Positions 24,460 to 37,793 of a stretch of 64,000 nt of DNA are shown one piece after another. Below the pieces are notes generated by a model that saw only the letters and a list, made by a program, of their open reading frames with translations, did not search any database and had not been told where the DNA came from. The stretch is taken from positions 22,073,486 through 22,137,485 of the forward strand of contig CM119267.1 in assembly GCA_051294375.1 (NCBI GenBank), given 5' to 3'. Position 1 is the stretch's first letter, and the number at the start of each line of letters is the position of its first letter. The position numbers and the translations under genes were made by a program. This stretch comes from Paraspadella gotoi. Lineage: Eukaryota > Animalia > Chaetognatha.

Positions 24460-26932
24460 TCTCTCTCTCTCTCTCTGCTCTCTCCTTCCTCTCTCTCTCT
24501 CTCTCACCGAGCCCGATGTAATAAACGACGAACAAGTGATGCGTGACCCAAAAGGCTTCGAACGCGTAGATCCTCACGATTCTAAAAGCCGACGTCCAAA
24601 TCAGCAGCAACGCTATCGTCGTCAAAACGCCGGTGGCGCCGGTGACCGTGCCTAACAGCGCCGCGAACGGCGGCGTCGTCTTTCTGTTCGGTTGGGAATT
24701 GGGCGTGATGGTGGACGCTTTAAAAGTTCAAGGCGTTGTTTTTTTATTTGCTTTTGTGTTACTGTAGTAAGTAGTATACATAATAAAATGCTATTTTGTT
24801 TTTTTGACCTTACTTTATAGCTCGTTTCGTCGATAGAAAGAAACGATTGTTTATTTTCCTTTTTTTGGAGTTAAGACTTAAGATCACTTTATCCGACATT
24901 TCGATTCTTAACTTTTCTTCACCCGCCACTTAACTTACCTTACCCTACCCTCCTCCCGCGCTCCCCAATCACCTGATCGGATTGACGAAATGTTCGACCG
25001 GGGCATCGGGGAAATTGTCCGGGAATCGGCTCAGCGCCATCAGCGTCCCGTTGGCGGAGTCGAAGGCGGCGCAGAGACGCTCCACGTTGAAGACGTGGGC
25101 GCCGACGTGGATGATGGTGAAAAGGACGAGAGACCGAGCCACCCACTTGTGGTGAATCACGTGACTGTCGAGGAGGCGTCTGAGGGGGGGACGTGATGTG
25201 GTGGTGGGTTTGGATGACGGATACGTTATAAGAAACAATAAATACAGAAAAACGAGATCTTTGTCTCTAAATTCGATTTGCATATTTCGGTGAAAACGTT
25301 TCGATGTTAGGTTTAATCACTATGACAAAATGTAGCTAGTGTGGCGGTATATTCACACCGCCTCACGTCCACCATCCTTCAGCCAAATCCATTGGCTCAG
25401 AGGGGGAACACACCATCCCAAGTGTAGTGTTCCATCCACAGTCCTAACGACTTCCCTCTGCGTTGGCAAAGCGAGACCGTCCTAGGGTAACCGCGCCAGT
25501 GACTGGAGGCGTCACTGAGGGTCGGAAGCCCCCAAAGCCAACAGTGAGATGCTCCATCCCAATGGGGCATCACAGGCAACCCGGCTGTTGCCATACTAGT
25601 CTAATTAAAGAAGTGAAGGCGAAAGGCGTTGATGCATTTAAAGAACAAGTGTTCAATTTTGTAAGAATACCAGGGAAAATTAAAAAAAAAAGTTTGAGCA
25701 AACAATATCGGATCTGCCTACGAAAATTAATTAATTAATCGATTAATTAATTTTAATATTTAATAATTAATTATAAATTTATATACAGCTTATCATCATC
25801 GATGTCCTTAAAGTAAATGTGACTTATATTTTTTCCATTTAAACTCATTTCCACTGGCACAATTCCGTCAAAACTTTATATCTAGCTTCTTCACAAACTT
25901 TCCTTCCCGCTCACAAAATTTCATCTCAATCTATTATGGGTTAAAATAAGTAAAAAGAGTCAAGTAAACGTGACTCATATTTTTTTCATTTAAACTCATT
26001 TCCACTCGTACCGAAATTTTATATCAAGCTTCGTCACACATTTTCCTACCCACACACAAAATTTGAACTCAATCTATCCATCCAATTATGATTAATTAGA
26101 GTATTTATTGGTTAAAATAAGTAAAAAGATTTTAGTAAATGCGACTTATGTTTGCATTGGACAAAAAAGAGAAAAATTCTACGACATATTCAAAATACGA
26201 AGCTTTTAGGTAAATATCTGTTGGTTGATCACGTGAATACACAAGCGTGAAACGTGCATAAAAAGCGTCTTAGGTTTGGTTATTTTTTTTTATATATAAG
26301 AGTAAATTGTAAAACTTTCGAAGAACATTATTAAAACAGCATTTCTCCACCTGGTGGAACGTCCCGCTGGCTCTGGGCAGTTGACGAAAATCGATCGAAG
26401 CAACAAAAGTAAATTGCGGCAGACCTTGATGAAAATGAAAGGCGAGGGAAAAAGAAACATTTTTATGGCCAATTTAATATTCATTGTTTATGATTGGCAG
26501 AGATATTTAGTCGATTGCTCGTCACTAGCAAATCTCGTCGGCAATAAAAATACCAATCAAACAAACAACCAACCGAACAACAAAACTACGAACTACCGAG
26601 CAATTTAAACAAACAACTCAACCAATCAATCTCTCTAACTAGCCAAACCAATCAATCAACCAACCCCTTTCCCACGGAATCTGCTGCCTTACAAATTAAC
26701 GACTATCGCTCACCGGAACCAGGACCAGCGCTGAGTTGAGCTTAAGGCACAAAGCCGTGGCTCGGGCCAAAGGCAGCCCGTGCCCGACGAAGGCCCGGAG
26801 GTAGAAGAACTCGTCGTACTCGAGGTATTTCCGATAGTCGGCGACGAAGAGGGCGACGTTGACGACGACCCAAGCGATGAGAAGGACGAGGTTGGGCGCT
26901 TCGGAACGGAGGGCGCGGAGAAAGGCGAACAT
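22665..26932 (-). CDS. NADPH oxidase, NOX1-4/gp91phox-type (no EF-hands), 7 exons
   Basis: Exons ~26932-26714, 26422-26351, 25179-24973, 24683-24508, 24166-23451, 23247-23103, 22896-22665. Motifs LVLVPVCRNLL, HVIHHK, IHVGAHVFN, FEAFWVTHHLF (heme His), EWHPFTVTSAP, VGDWT, DGPFG, GAGIGVTPFAS, FGRPNW, VFLCGPK, C-terminal FNKEHF*. Confidence 0.93.
25340..25595 (+). mobile_element. Solo-LTR-like repeat, copy 2 (256 bp, perfect CTAG TSD)
   Basis: CTAG|TGTGGC...GCCATA|CTAG, inside a NOX intron. Confidence 0.85.
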
Positions 26933-27878
26933 GGTGGGCGCGGTTGGTAAGGGTGGTGGAGTTAGAGCGGTTCGAGCGGAGGTGTTCAATTAGCATTAAA
27001 GTTAAGACATGCGGAGAGGTTTCGATGGAAAGAGGAAGACAATGAAATTAAGTTTCTTGGTGGAGAAACCCCGACTGGTAGGAGAAAACTTCGGACAGTT
27101 GCGGCCGCGTAGAAAGGCGTCATGTTTCGTGCGATAAAGAAAATTAAACATGTCAAGCTCGCCTCGGTACAAAATAAGGACGTTTTTTCGCAGTAATCTT
27201 TTGTTTTTGTGAGTTTCGGCTACCGAGAAAAAAATCGATGGCCGATAGGGGATATTGCCGTTTACACAGAACCCGCTTAGAGACTACAAATATCCGATAA
27301 TCCAGAGAGCTTTTAGCGAGCCGGGGATTCGATATATTCTCCGGGTACTGGGTACAGTCGGCGATAATTCTCTCTAACAATAAAGAGGAGGAATGACTCA
27401 GTTCCACAGAAGACGAGAATTAGGTTCTACTTGTCAGGCAACCTAGGAACAGATCTTTTGTTTTGATTAGTTATTTCGAACGGCGCTGATATTTCGGGTC
27501 GACAGATACTAAATGTTAGTCTTAGTTCTTTATTAGGTCTTTATTATAAAGTCATTTTTTACTTTTTACGAATTACATTTAAACAAAATCCAGTCTAACT
27601 AAAGATTCTTTCACATTTCGTACATATTTCTATTTTAAGCAGGGATGAGGCTATAAAAAAAAAGAAGGGATTTAATTTTTTTTTTTTAATTTCATTTCCT
27701 TAAAAAATAATTAAGCCGAAACCGCGACAAAAACGTTGCGTGTAAAAACAATTACTCGTAACTAACAAGAAAACAAAAAAATTTTCGCCTACAATGAATT
27801 CAGATCAATAATAAAACTAGTGATTTCCATTGTCGACACCGCATCACGCCAAAGTCACTCAATCAGCTTCTTCGATCT

Positions 27879-30800
27879 TCACTCGACGACGTAGACTATT
27901 TGTTTTCCCAAGTCCATCTTGGTTCCGTTTCCGGCGATGTTGACAGAGACCGTCTTTGTTTCCACGTCGATCGAGAGAGAATCTTTGAGATCCAAAAGGT
28001 TCAATGGCCTGGAGAATGAAAATTAAACTTTATATTTTTTTTATCCACTAATCAATATGTAGCATCAGACAATTACCCTAGCATGTCAGCGGGGTTGGGC
28101 ATGATTCTGGGGCCGAGTTTGGGATCCTTGTATCGATAGAACTTGAGTCTCTTTGGATCTTTGATCCCGCGTTCGATCCTCGCCATCCGTTTGGCGAGGG
28201 AGGCGGAAGAGTCGCCCTCCAGGACGGGAACGTCGAGGCCAAAGAGGCTGAGGACGGGGAAGGGGGCATAAGTACATCACAGTTGATTTCTTAATTTCAT
28301 TTTCTCATTCGCACTGTCGCTCTTATACTAATAAAAAAATATAAATAAAATAAACATCTCATTATTGATTAAATCTTGCTATATCGTACAAAGAGAGCAG
28401 TCGGGTTGAAAATGTAATATCATATCAATAAGTTAAGATCAGATGCGCCGACGTTTCCACATTACTGACCCCGATTTTGGTTGAATGTTGACGGCCCTGA
28501 GAATGACGGATGGTTCTGTCCTGAAGGCTATCAAAGGTTCCCCTGGACAACACTCTTCGCGGGTTTTGGCATCGGGCGCGGAGTCGCTGTAGGCGATCGT
28601 CACGCCCTCTAGCTCGAGGGTGGACGTCAAGTAAGAGATCATCTATCAAAGAAAAAGGGATGTTGCCTTAGTTATAAAAAGGATGAAGCTATAATACGAC
28701 TTTTTTTCGACTGACCTCTTCGAACAAAGTCTTCTCGTCAAAATCGAGAGTGACGTTCATGGCCTTCGGTCCCTCGGCGACGACCCGCTCTTTGACCCGG
28801 GTCACGAACGGCATCACTTTCTTCATCGCCTTCGCCAACTCGGCTTCGCCCTTCAGCTCAGTGAGGATGGCTTTATTGTCGGGCAAGGTCCCGTTGCCCG
28901 TCGCGTAGAGGGCGCTGAAAAAAAGGAAAAAATAGAAATTTACATAGATTTAAAACTTGGACGGTGACCTCAATCCCTAGATAGCAGCTTGTCCGAAGTT
29001 ATTGTTTGTTGAATGAACATGAAAACAAGGGCATGCCACCTCACTGGTGGCGCCGTTAATTCTGGAACGTAAGCCCTAGAGCTAGACCGAATTAACACCT
29101 TAATTGTCCCCCCGTTGGATCGACTACTTAGGCCTTATTACGTCTACAGTAGGAGCGCTACAGGAAAGACAGATTTATACCCAGGGACCGCGCGCGCACG
29201 TTAAGGGGCACGCGAATTTAGACTGCCGGGGTGCCTTTGAGAGAGGTTTGCTCGGAACCGAGCGCGGAAGCATCGGTGAGCAGGATGGCAGTTGGCTTTA
29301 CGTGGACAGCTACCCACTAATATCACGCAAGCCTTGCCTGGCCGGCCTCCCCGCACAGATCGGCCGAGATGGTACATGGCGATCGATGTTGACCCGAAAG
29401 AAGGGCCGTGGGGAGTGGAGACAGGGCTTGCTGCTTTAGCGGAGTTACGTTCCAAATACAAAGAGAGACCTTTTTCGATTATAAGGGATAGTCGATCAGA
29501 AAACAGGACAAAGTTGCTTGAAAAGGAAAAACGGAAAATGCCAAGTTTGAGGACGAGAAAAAGATTTGGAGAAGCAAGTTCCTATAATACGACGACAACT
29601 TGTTGCCAAATATGGTAATGTTGATGAATCAATGGTCGATTCAATGACGAGGACATAATATGTATTTTAAATCCCAATTATGCAAATTTTTCGAAAAATA
29701 TGCAAATGAGATCATTTGTCTTCTTTCGAACTAAAGTCTCGATCACAGCGCCCTCCATGGCTGATCTTTTGTTCGAAAATATAAGCCTCGAAAATGTTTT
29801 TGTTAAACTGTTGAAAGCACTAAAACTTATAGAAAATATTTATAATTCAATTGAAAAAAAAATTACCTCAGCTTTTGAAGAACGCAGGTCTGCCACGGAG
29901 GAAATGATTTCGCGACGTAAATGATTGCGTGAGTCGGTTTGGGAGGCGGTTCTCTTTTTCCCTTGGGAGGATTCTTGAGAGGTGAAAGGAGAGCGCATTT
30001 TATAAGGCTCGTTTATTTTTAATCGATGGTCCATACTTGACAATCATTCAAACGCTTTCAATTGACCTGCATCTTCTTCATTCGTATCCTGAAGTCGTGC
30101 GAGGTGTCGACGAGATGTTGCGAGGATCGGAGGATGATGTCGTCCACGACTCCAGCCTCTGGCCACGACGCCCCCATAATGCTAAAAATACAATCTCTCG
30201 TTTTAAAACTTAACAGCTTTTTAAAGAGCGCTAATAACTACAACCAACTTGCCTGTTCGCCAGCCCTTCCGATCCCGGCGTGCCCGGCAACAGATTCCGC
30301 CAGACGTGGTCGGAGAGATGCGGGCAAACGGGCGAAAGTAGAAGCAACTGCGTGCGGACGAATTGGAAGACGAGGTCCTCCCTCATGAACGAGTCCGTCG
30401 CTTGGCACATCTCCCGATATTTGTCGCGGGAGAGTTGGAGCTCGTAAAACCCAGTTCTGAGAGAGATATATATATATATATATATAAAATGCTTAAAATG
30501 AAATCGTTTAAAGATCTTTTCGTTTCGCATCGCCGCCAGCTTACCTGAGACCCTCCTTAAAGCACATCCCCTCAAAGGCGGCTTCCGTGTCAACGATGCT
30601 TCGGTTCATTTCGCTCTCGAAAACTTTGTCGTTGTAAGTCGACTCACCGCCTGGAGGCCAAAATAGGAAATAAAATTTGCGGGTCCCTTTCTGTAAAAAT
30701 CAACCCCGCCCTTCCAACCTTTCCTCAGCGTTCCTTCCTCCCACGCGGTCCTCATCTCCTTGACCCACTCAAGAAAGTTGTAGAGTCTCAAGATCCCCGC

Positions 30801-33800
30801 GTCGGCGACGATCTCCACAAAGTTGGCGTCCTCCACGGTGTCACCGGCGTCGGCGAGGGCGAGGCGCATCCCGTCGGCGGAGAACTTGGAGGCGGCGTCG
30901 CGGAGAGTCAAGAAGTTGCCCGTCGACTTGGACATCTTCTCCGAGTTGAGAAGAAGATGGCCGTTAGCGAAGACGCCCTTGGGCCACTTGTTGGCGGGGT
31001 CCTGGAGGAGTTCAAGGATGAAAGGACGGACAAATGTATGGAAAACGTAATAATTTCATCGGGAGCCAAAGGAGAACCACCCACTTCGGGCCACATCGCG
31101 ACGTGGTTGTAGAGAAAGTAAGTCAAATGATTTGGCACCAAATCCTTTCCCGATACCCGAAGATCCAACGGGTACCAAAAGGCGAACTCTCTTCGCAACG
31201 CTTCCAAAGCTGAATGCGGGATCTGAAAAAAGTTATTTAGTTTGATTTTATTATTATAACTCTTTATGTAATCTTTTATTTTCCATAATTTTGATTTTCA
31301 CCTCCGTCTTTGGCATCTTCGCCTCCTCGAAAAAAACAAAGTCCCAGACTTCGGGAGTCATTTGTTCTGGTCGGATCCCTAGTGGGCTCTGACCTTCGCC
31401 CTTGAGGTTGCCGTTGTCCAAAAGGTGAGCAACTGAAAATGAGAAATGATTTGGATTCATTTAAATTCGACCATTACCGCCACCTGTGTAATAATTTCCC
31501 TCACCGGTGTAATAGGCCATGTAAATGGTGGAATCGGACAAGGCCTCGATGACGTACTGCGGATCCCATGGCAGACGCGTTCCGAGTCCGAAGGACCTGG
31601 AGCAGGCGTGCTCGTGGAGCCACTCCAGCGTCGCCTCGAAGTTACGCCGAGTCTCATCGTGAAAAGTCCGCATTCCGTCGAGGTTCTTTTTGGCAGTCGA
31701 ACGCCATTCCGGCTCGCCGTAGTTCAAGTACCTGGAAACGGGCAAAGGCGAAGTAGGAGCTTGTTAATTTATTAAATTAATCACAAGGCCTGTATAGTGC
31801 TAAAAATATAAATATACCCACCACTGATCGCAAAGAGCGACGATGCACTCGTCGCCGGATCGAGACACGATTCTCTTTTCTGGTTCCATGTAGACGACGG
31901 CGTCGCCGGCTCCGATTAACGACGCCTTTAGCGCCGCCTTCACATCCTGGACCTTTTTGCCTGAGAAGGTAAACAGGGATGAACGGATATTAATAGAAAA
32001 AAGTGTGAAGATACTAACTTCATATCTTGTTATGCAGCAAACAAACTGATTTACGGATTTTGACTCATGCAAATTCATTCTCAAAATAAAAAGCCCGAAA
32101 AATACTTTAAATACAATTTGTTAAAATATTTGAATAAATAAAGTAAAATAAACATTACGGTGAGGTCGCACATGTTAGAAAAAAATCTGAACACAGGGCG
32201 AAAACCGTTCTTTAATTTTTTTTTCTTCAACCTCAATCCCTCATCAATTCCCTGTTTTAATTTCATTAACTAACTTTTGAATTATCTGTCTTTTTCGCGA
32301 ATTCAAGCAAAACTTTTATTTTTACCCTCGTATCCTTTAACCAGCATGACGCCTTCGTAGAATCCCAAGAGGTAAACTCGCTTCTTGGCCTCTTCCAGCT
32401 TCTCCTTGTCGTTCTGGCTGTTTATCTTCAACTAGTGGGCGGGTGAGCGTGAGGTGAAGTGGAGAAAGGGGCGGAGTGAAAAGCGAAATTAGATTCCTAA
32501 AACCACTGGCCCTCCTGGGTGGCTCTCAAAGAGATAGCTACTTCTGATCGCACCGCAAAGATTTCAACCGAATGACCAGTAAAATCTTTTAAAACTTAGC
32601 ATCGTAAACACATTAGCTGCGGTATTTTTTTTCTCCCTAGGTCCCTATCTCTTTAACCCGTAGAAAAAAAAACCTTTAACGCGTCGTCCGTTATCGCTCA
32701 ATGATAAGCACCCATACCACGCCAAAGATTTTTCGTTCCTTCCCTCTTCCAACCCTCGCCACTCCCCCCTCCCCCCCCCCCCGACTTGTTTAAATCTCAC
32801 ATCCAAGGATTCGAATTAAAAAAACATCCACTTGGTTTTACTGCGGGAGACGGAATTAATTTTCTTGATTCCTACCATCTTTTATCGCGATTAGAATCAA
32901 AAGGATTTTTTTTTCCAAATCTCATTCACGAAGGAAGGGGTGAAAGTGGTTGGGAAGGGGAGTAGCGAAAAACTTGGATCCCAATCACGAGCCAAAACGC
33001 GATTAGGAAAAAAAAATGAAAAAAAATGGGGGGGAAGAAACGTGAAACAAATAGGAAAAGGGAAAGAAAGGGAGGAGTTTTTTCCCCTTAATCCCAACCT
33101 CCGATAATTTTTTTTTATTCTTCGTAAATAAAAAAAAAATAAAATAGAACAAAAAATAGAACAAAATATACACACACAAAAAAAAAAAACCAAATCCACC
33201 AGCGGCCTGGAAAGCGTCGGATTTCGATATCATTTTCATGTTCTTTCGTTTAAAAACCATCGACGCAACGATTAACTTCCAACAGTTGACCAATATTTTT
33301 TGAATTGGCGCGCGATTTCTATCTCCTGCAAACCGCTAATCTAAATTATTCGACTTCATCACCAACAACCACGGAAGTCCCCACTATTTCGGCCGTGGAC
33401 TCTCACGGCCCGGCTCCAATCGCCAGAATCGCTGCCGCAGCCGCCTCCGCCGCCAGCGCCATCTCTACCGTCGCCATGGTGTTTCTGCAACTACTTATTC
33501 TTTTTTCGATTTTCACGGAGAAACCCAGTGAGCGATCGAAAACGACGACGGCGACAACGACTACGACTTTTCGTCAAAGACCTAAACTGCTGCACGCGCC
33601 TGACCCCGCCTTTGCGGTCGAGCGCGAGGAGGCCACGATAAAGGTGGGTCGCCCAATACGGTTAATTACAGTTATTCACGGTTAATTACGGTTATTCACG
33701 CAATTCCATAATAGTGTGAGCCTAATTATTAGTTGTAAGTTGCAAATAGTTGAAAAACGGTGACAACAAAATAAGGCCAGCAATTCGAATATCTTTGTGA

Positions 33801-36800
33801 TAATTCACGCCTCTGGTTTCAACTTGTATGTATTTTTATTGTTTGTATGTATTTACAGTTTGTATACTATGAATTACAACTGCCCTCTCGCAGTGCAGAG
33901 CGGAAGGAGTGGAGCGCTACTTCTGGAAAAAGGTCTCGCGCGTCAATCTAAAGGACGAGCCATTCGGGCGCACAAAAGGGCGCGTTCTGGTCGGTCCGCG
34001 ATTCTCGGTGCCGGGTAACGAAGAGGCGCCGCCAAGGACCAACGGTGACCTCGTCATCAACGACGTGAGACGCGACGACGCCGGATTCTACACTTGCTTC
34101 CCTACCAATCACTGGGGAAGCATCGCCGGTGAGTCGCGATTTACGAGTCTTAATTTCTTTCTCTTTCACGTTTCTCACGTTTAAAATCCTCCCACCTTTC
34201 TTTCTTATCCCTCTTAAGCCTCCACCAGATTAAAGGTCCGCCCAGCGTCTTCTCCTGACATAAAATGGCGACCGGACACGATGCTGACGGTGAAGGAGGG
34301 AGATTCGGCGCTGGTCAAGTGTCGAGTGCTGGGGTGGCCGAGACCCAAAATCAAGTGGCTCTATAGGTTAACTAATATCACGAGTCCAATATATCTCCCA
34401 CTTTTAACGCCACTTCAACCATATCTAAGATCGACGCCTTCCGACGCGGACCAGCTGGTTCAAGGGAGTGGCTACCGCGTCCTCTACGACGGACACCTGC
34501 GCATCGAATCGGCGCGACGCCACGACGCCGGCCTCTACAAGTGCGTCGCCATTAACAAGTACGGATCTGTGCTGGCCGAGGGGGCGTTGCGGGTCGTCAA
34601 CGGAGGAGGCGCGGTGGGCACGGGGACGAAAGCGATCGCGAGTCTAATTTGCTTCGCGCTTTTGTTAATATTGTGATCTCCGATTTTGTAAAATGATCGT
34701 TGACGTCAAATACACACTACGCAATAAACTTGGATGTTAATATTTGACCATGTCTTTTTACCAGCTCACCTGTTCGCAAACAGTGGGCGCGGCCAAATTC
34801 CCGAATCCGGGAACGTCGATGATGGGGACGGGCTCGAAGGGCAGCACCATCTCGTCTTTAATACTGAAGAGATTAGAGGAATAGGGAATTTAAATATTAC
34901 TTTCTGGCTTTTAAGGAGTATTTTATTACCATTGTCTCACCCACCTCCGTCTGCCCCTAACACCCGCCCGCTCACCCGTATTTCTCCCTAAAGGCGGCCT
35001 TGTTCTTAAGATCCCTCAGCGCCGCGAAATCGTCGGGCGAATCCGAGGGAACGGAGGTGACGACGCCGGTGCCTTTGTCCTCGCGGATGCTGAGCATCGG
35101 GAGAGTGAAGATGCGGGAGTAGTCGGTGAAGGGGGCGGAGATGGCCACGCCCAAAAGCGAAGAGCCTTAGGGGAAGAGAAATCGAGAAAGTGACTAAAAC
35201 AGATTTAGCAGAATAACTTGCGGTTAATTTCAAATGAGATTGAGTTCTTCAATCTCATTTGCATATTGTAGTAATTTAGATCATTTCTCGTATCTTTTGA
35301 TACGGTTTTCACCTTTACTATTTTATCAATACTTTTAATAAGGAAAGAGATAAAATGCGAAGAAATAAAATGCAGATCACGACACCTTTGATCTCGTCGA
35401 CGACGGGAATTTCTCCGTTGACGGGCGTGAAGCCTTGATAAGCCATATTTAGCGCGGCGCGTCGGGTGGCAATGAAAACCTCATTCTTTCGCGGTCCGAG
35501 ACAAGTTCGAAAAACGAGGTAAGTTATGTCCGGGTGGAGCCAGCAATTGGTCTGGCCGAACATCGTCTCGGGTCGGAGTGTCGCCGCCACCATGTAAAGG
35601 GACTCGTCTCCGACTTATGAGAAGAGAAGTTTAATTATCGTGGTGATTAATAACATTTTTTTTTAAATTTAATTACTACTTACTCTTCCCCTCCAACCCG
35701 GCCGGGTAAGGTCGATGGACTTTCATCTTAATGAGGGTGTACTCCTGCGGACCGACTCCCTCGCCCGAGGATCTATCGTGATCCATGCATGGCTGTTTGT
35801 CCAAAGGACTGAAGATGGTGTAGCGTTTTCCAAAGTCGATTTTTCCGCGCTCCCTCAACCTGATGAAAACGGGTAAGTTAATACGCCGATAATCTAACTC
35901 AGCCCGTTTTAAACCTCCCGCGGAAAGGCAGACACCTGTAAAACTGCCACCTCACGAAGGAATCGTAAAACTTGTTGACGTCGGTGGTGATGAAGGATCG
36001 ACGCCAATCGACTTTGACGCCCATCGATCGCAGATCCGTTTTGGCTTCCGGTGGGAAGAATCCTAACCAGTGGAGAGGTTCGGAGAAGGCGGGGATCTCG
36101 GAGGCTGAGAAGCCCATCTTCTCCATAATCTGCCATTGATATCGGGCTGTGCCTGGTTATAAGAGATTAAAAGGGTGAGGTTGAATCGAGAGAAGAAAAG
36201 TAGGAAGAGAAAAGAAGAGAAGAGAAGAGAAGAGAAGAGAAGAGAAGAGAAGAGAAGAGACGAGAAGAGAAAAGAAAAATGAGACTCATAACTTAACTAA
36301 TAATAATAATGACATTATTATTATGTTTATTATTATTATTATTAGTTAAGTTATGGGTCTCATTTTTCTTTTCTCTTAATAATGACCCCCACAGTCTCAC
36401 CGGATTTGGCGGCAGCTTTGCTCTTTTTTCCTTTCGCCTTATTTTCGATCTTGATCTCTTTTACTTCCTCTTCCTTAGTCTCCTCTTCCTCCTCCGCGGG
36501 AAAGACGGGAGGATTTCCAAACTCTTCCATCTCTCGCTTCAACTTGTCCGCGCAGGCCTGAGATGACCAAAAGAAATCCCATTCTCATTCTTTAATTTTA
36601 AATAAACAAACCAATTCCGTCCTCTATTAGATTTTTATGCTTTGCCTTTGTAGCCTTCAGCATTTTGTTTTACGTTAGCCAGCTTTTTGACACAAATTAG
36701 GATAAAGCGCGACTCTAATAAACAAAAGACGTTTTACCAGATCGTAGCCGCACCTTGATGGGCATTCCAGTGCAATGGAACCCGAAAGGCCAGAGACAGG

Positions 36801-37164
36801 TTTTTCCTTTGAGCCTTTGATAGCCCATAGCGAACTCGCATTTGGAGAGTGTGAACGTGTGACCCAAATGGAGCTGTCCGTTCATGTACGGGTAAGGAAA
36901 GCAGGTGAAGAACTTGTCTGTACGACACGGGAAAAGAGGAAACAAGAAACAAGTTACCGACTTGAAATGGATTTTTATCCGTCAAAGCTATCGATTCGTC
37001 ACGTCTCCACAAAAAAGCCAAGACCCACCCTTTTTGTCGATCTTCGTGCCGTCCTTGGGGGCGTTGGCCTCGAAGAGTCTCTCCTCTTCCCAAAGTCTCT
37101 GCATTCGCTTCTCGATGTCGACCAACGCCGTCACCTTCGCCGTTCCCTTTCGCTCCAACGCCAT
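27879..37164 (-). CDS. LARS1: Cytoplasmic leucyl-tRNA synthetase
   Basis: [10 protein letters not shown] start; [14 protein letters not shown] (HIGH); [10 protein letters not shown]; [11 protein letters not shown]; [17 protein letters not shown]; [14 protein letters not shown]; [16 protein letters not shown]; LCDQW; [10 protein letters not shown]; KMSKSTGNF (KMSKS). About 20 exons, ending QIVYVVE*. Confidence 0.97.
29035..29465 (+). mobile_element. Possible degenerate retroelement fragment in a LARS1 intron
   Basis: GC-rich island of ~430 bp in an AT-rich intron, matching no LARS1 exon. Broken ORFs; no diagnostic motif. Confidence 0.25.
33476..34676 (+). CDS. Two-Ig-domain cell-surface protein (signal peptide plus probable GPI signal), nested antisense in a LARS1 intron
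   Basis: Exons 33476-33643, 33894-34128, 34219-34366, 34430-34676 are in frame. C..W..DAGFYTC and [25 protein letters not shown]-set motifs; hydrophobic C-terminus [14 protein letters not shown]; AATAAA at 34723. Confidence 0.88.
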
Positions 37165-37793
37165 TTCTCTCCTCGGTCAAAGAGTGTATCACAGTTTCGA
37201 GAGGTAGTTAAATTAACTAATAACTATTATAATTTTTATATAGCTCATTGTAAACTTGATAGCTCGTTAACAAAACGTACGTGTAATTTTTAACAAATCG
37301 CGATGTTCGACAATGCGTTTTACTAGAACGGGCGCGACGAGTATAAAACACCAGGTAATCGAAAAAAAAAGTGGGGATTGCGCAATGCGCATTTAAAAAA
37401 AAACACGTATGTAAAAAAAAAAGGACAAATCTTTTTATTCCGGAAAAGAAAGCATTCGAATTCAATACAATAACCATCGTGGGAACCCAAACCGTATAGG
37501 TCAACGTAAAAGCCAAAAGAGCAACGAGTGATCAGTGAGAAAAAAAAAGTTCTGAAGAAAATTTTCGAGCAGATTGCGTCATCCTAGGGTGGCGGAGAAG
37601 GGACCGGTGCATCAAGGGCTGACGTCATTCTACGAAAACCTTTTTCATTACACAACGTTTTTTTTCTCTTTTGATCATTCTTTTTTAAGGGCGAAGGAAT
37701 AGTGATCGAAAACCACTCGAATAAATACAATCAATTCATCGTAAGTACGACGGAAATTAGACAGTGACAACGAGAAAAAAACAAGCAAGTCTC

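Noticed and set aside
25575-25600. Helitron 3' end (hairpin + CTAG)
   Set aside because: The CTAG is the target-site duplication; another copy has AGAG on both sides instead.
37232-37242. TATA-like motif upstream of LARS1 as proof of an internal promoter
   Set aside because: The AT-rich context makes it uninformative; kept only as a caveat that the operon could be split here.
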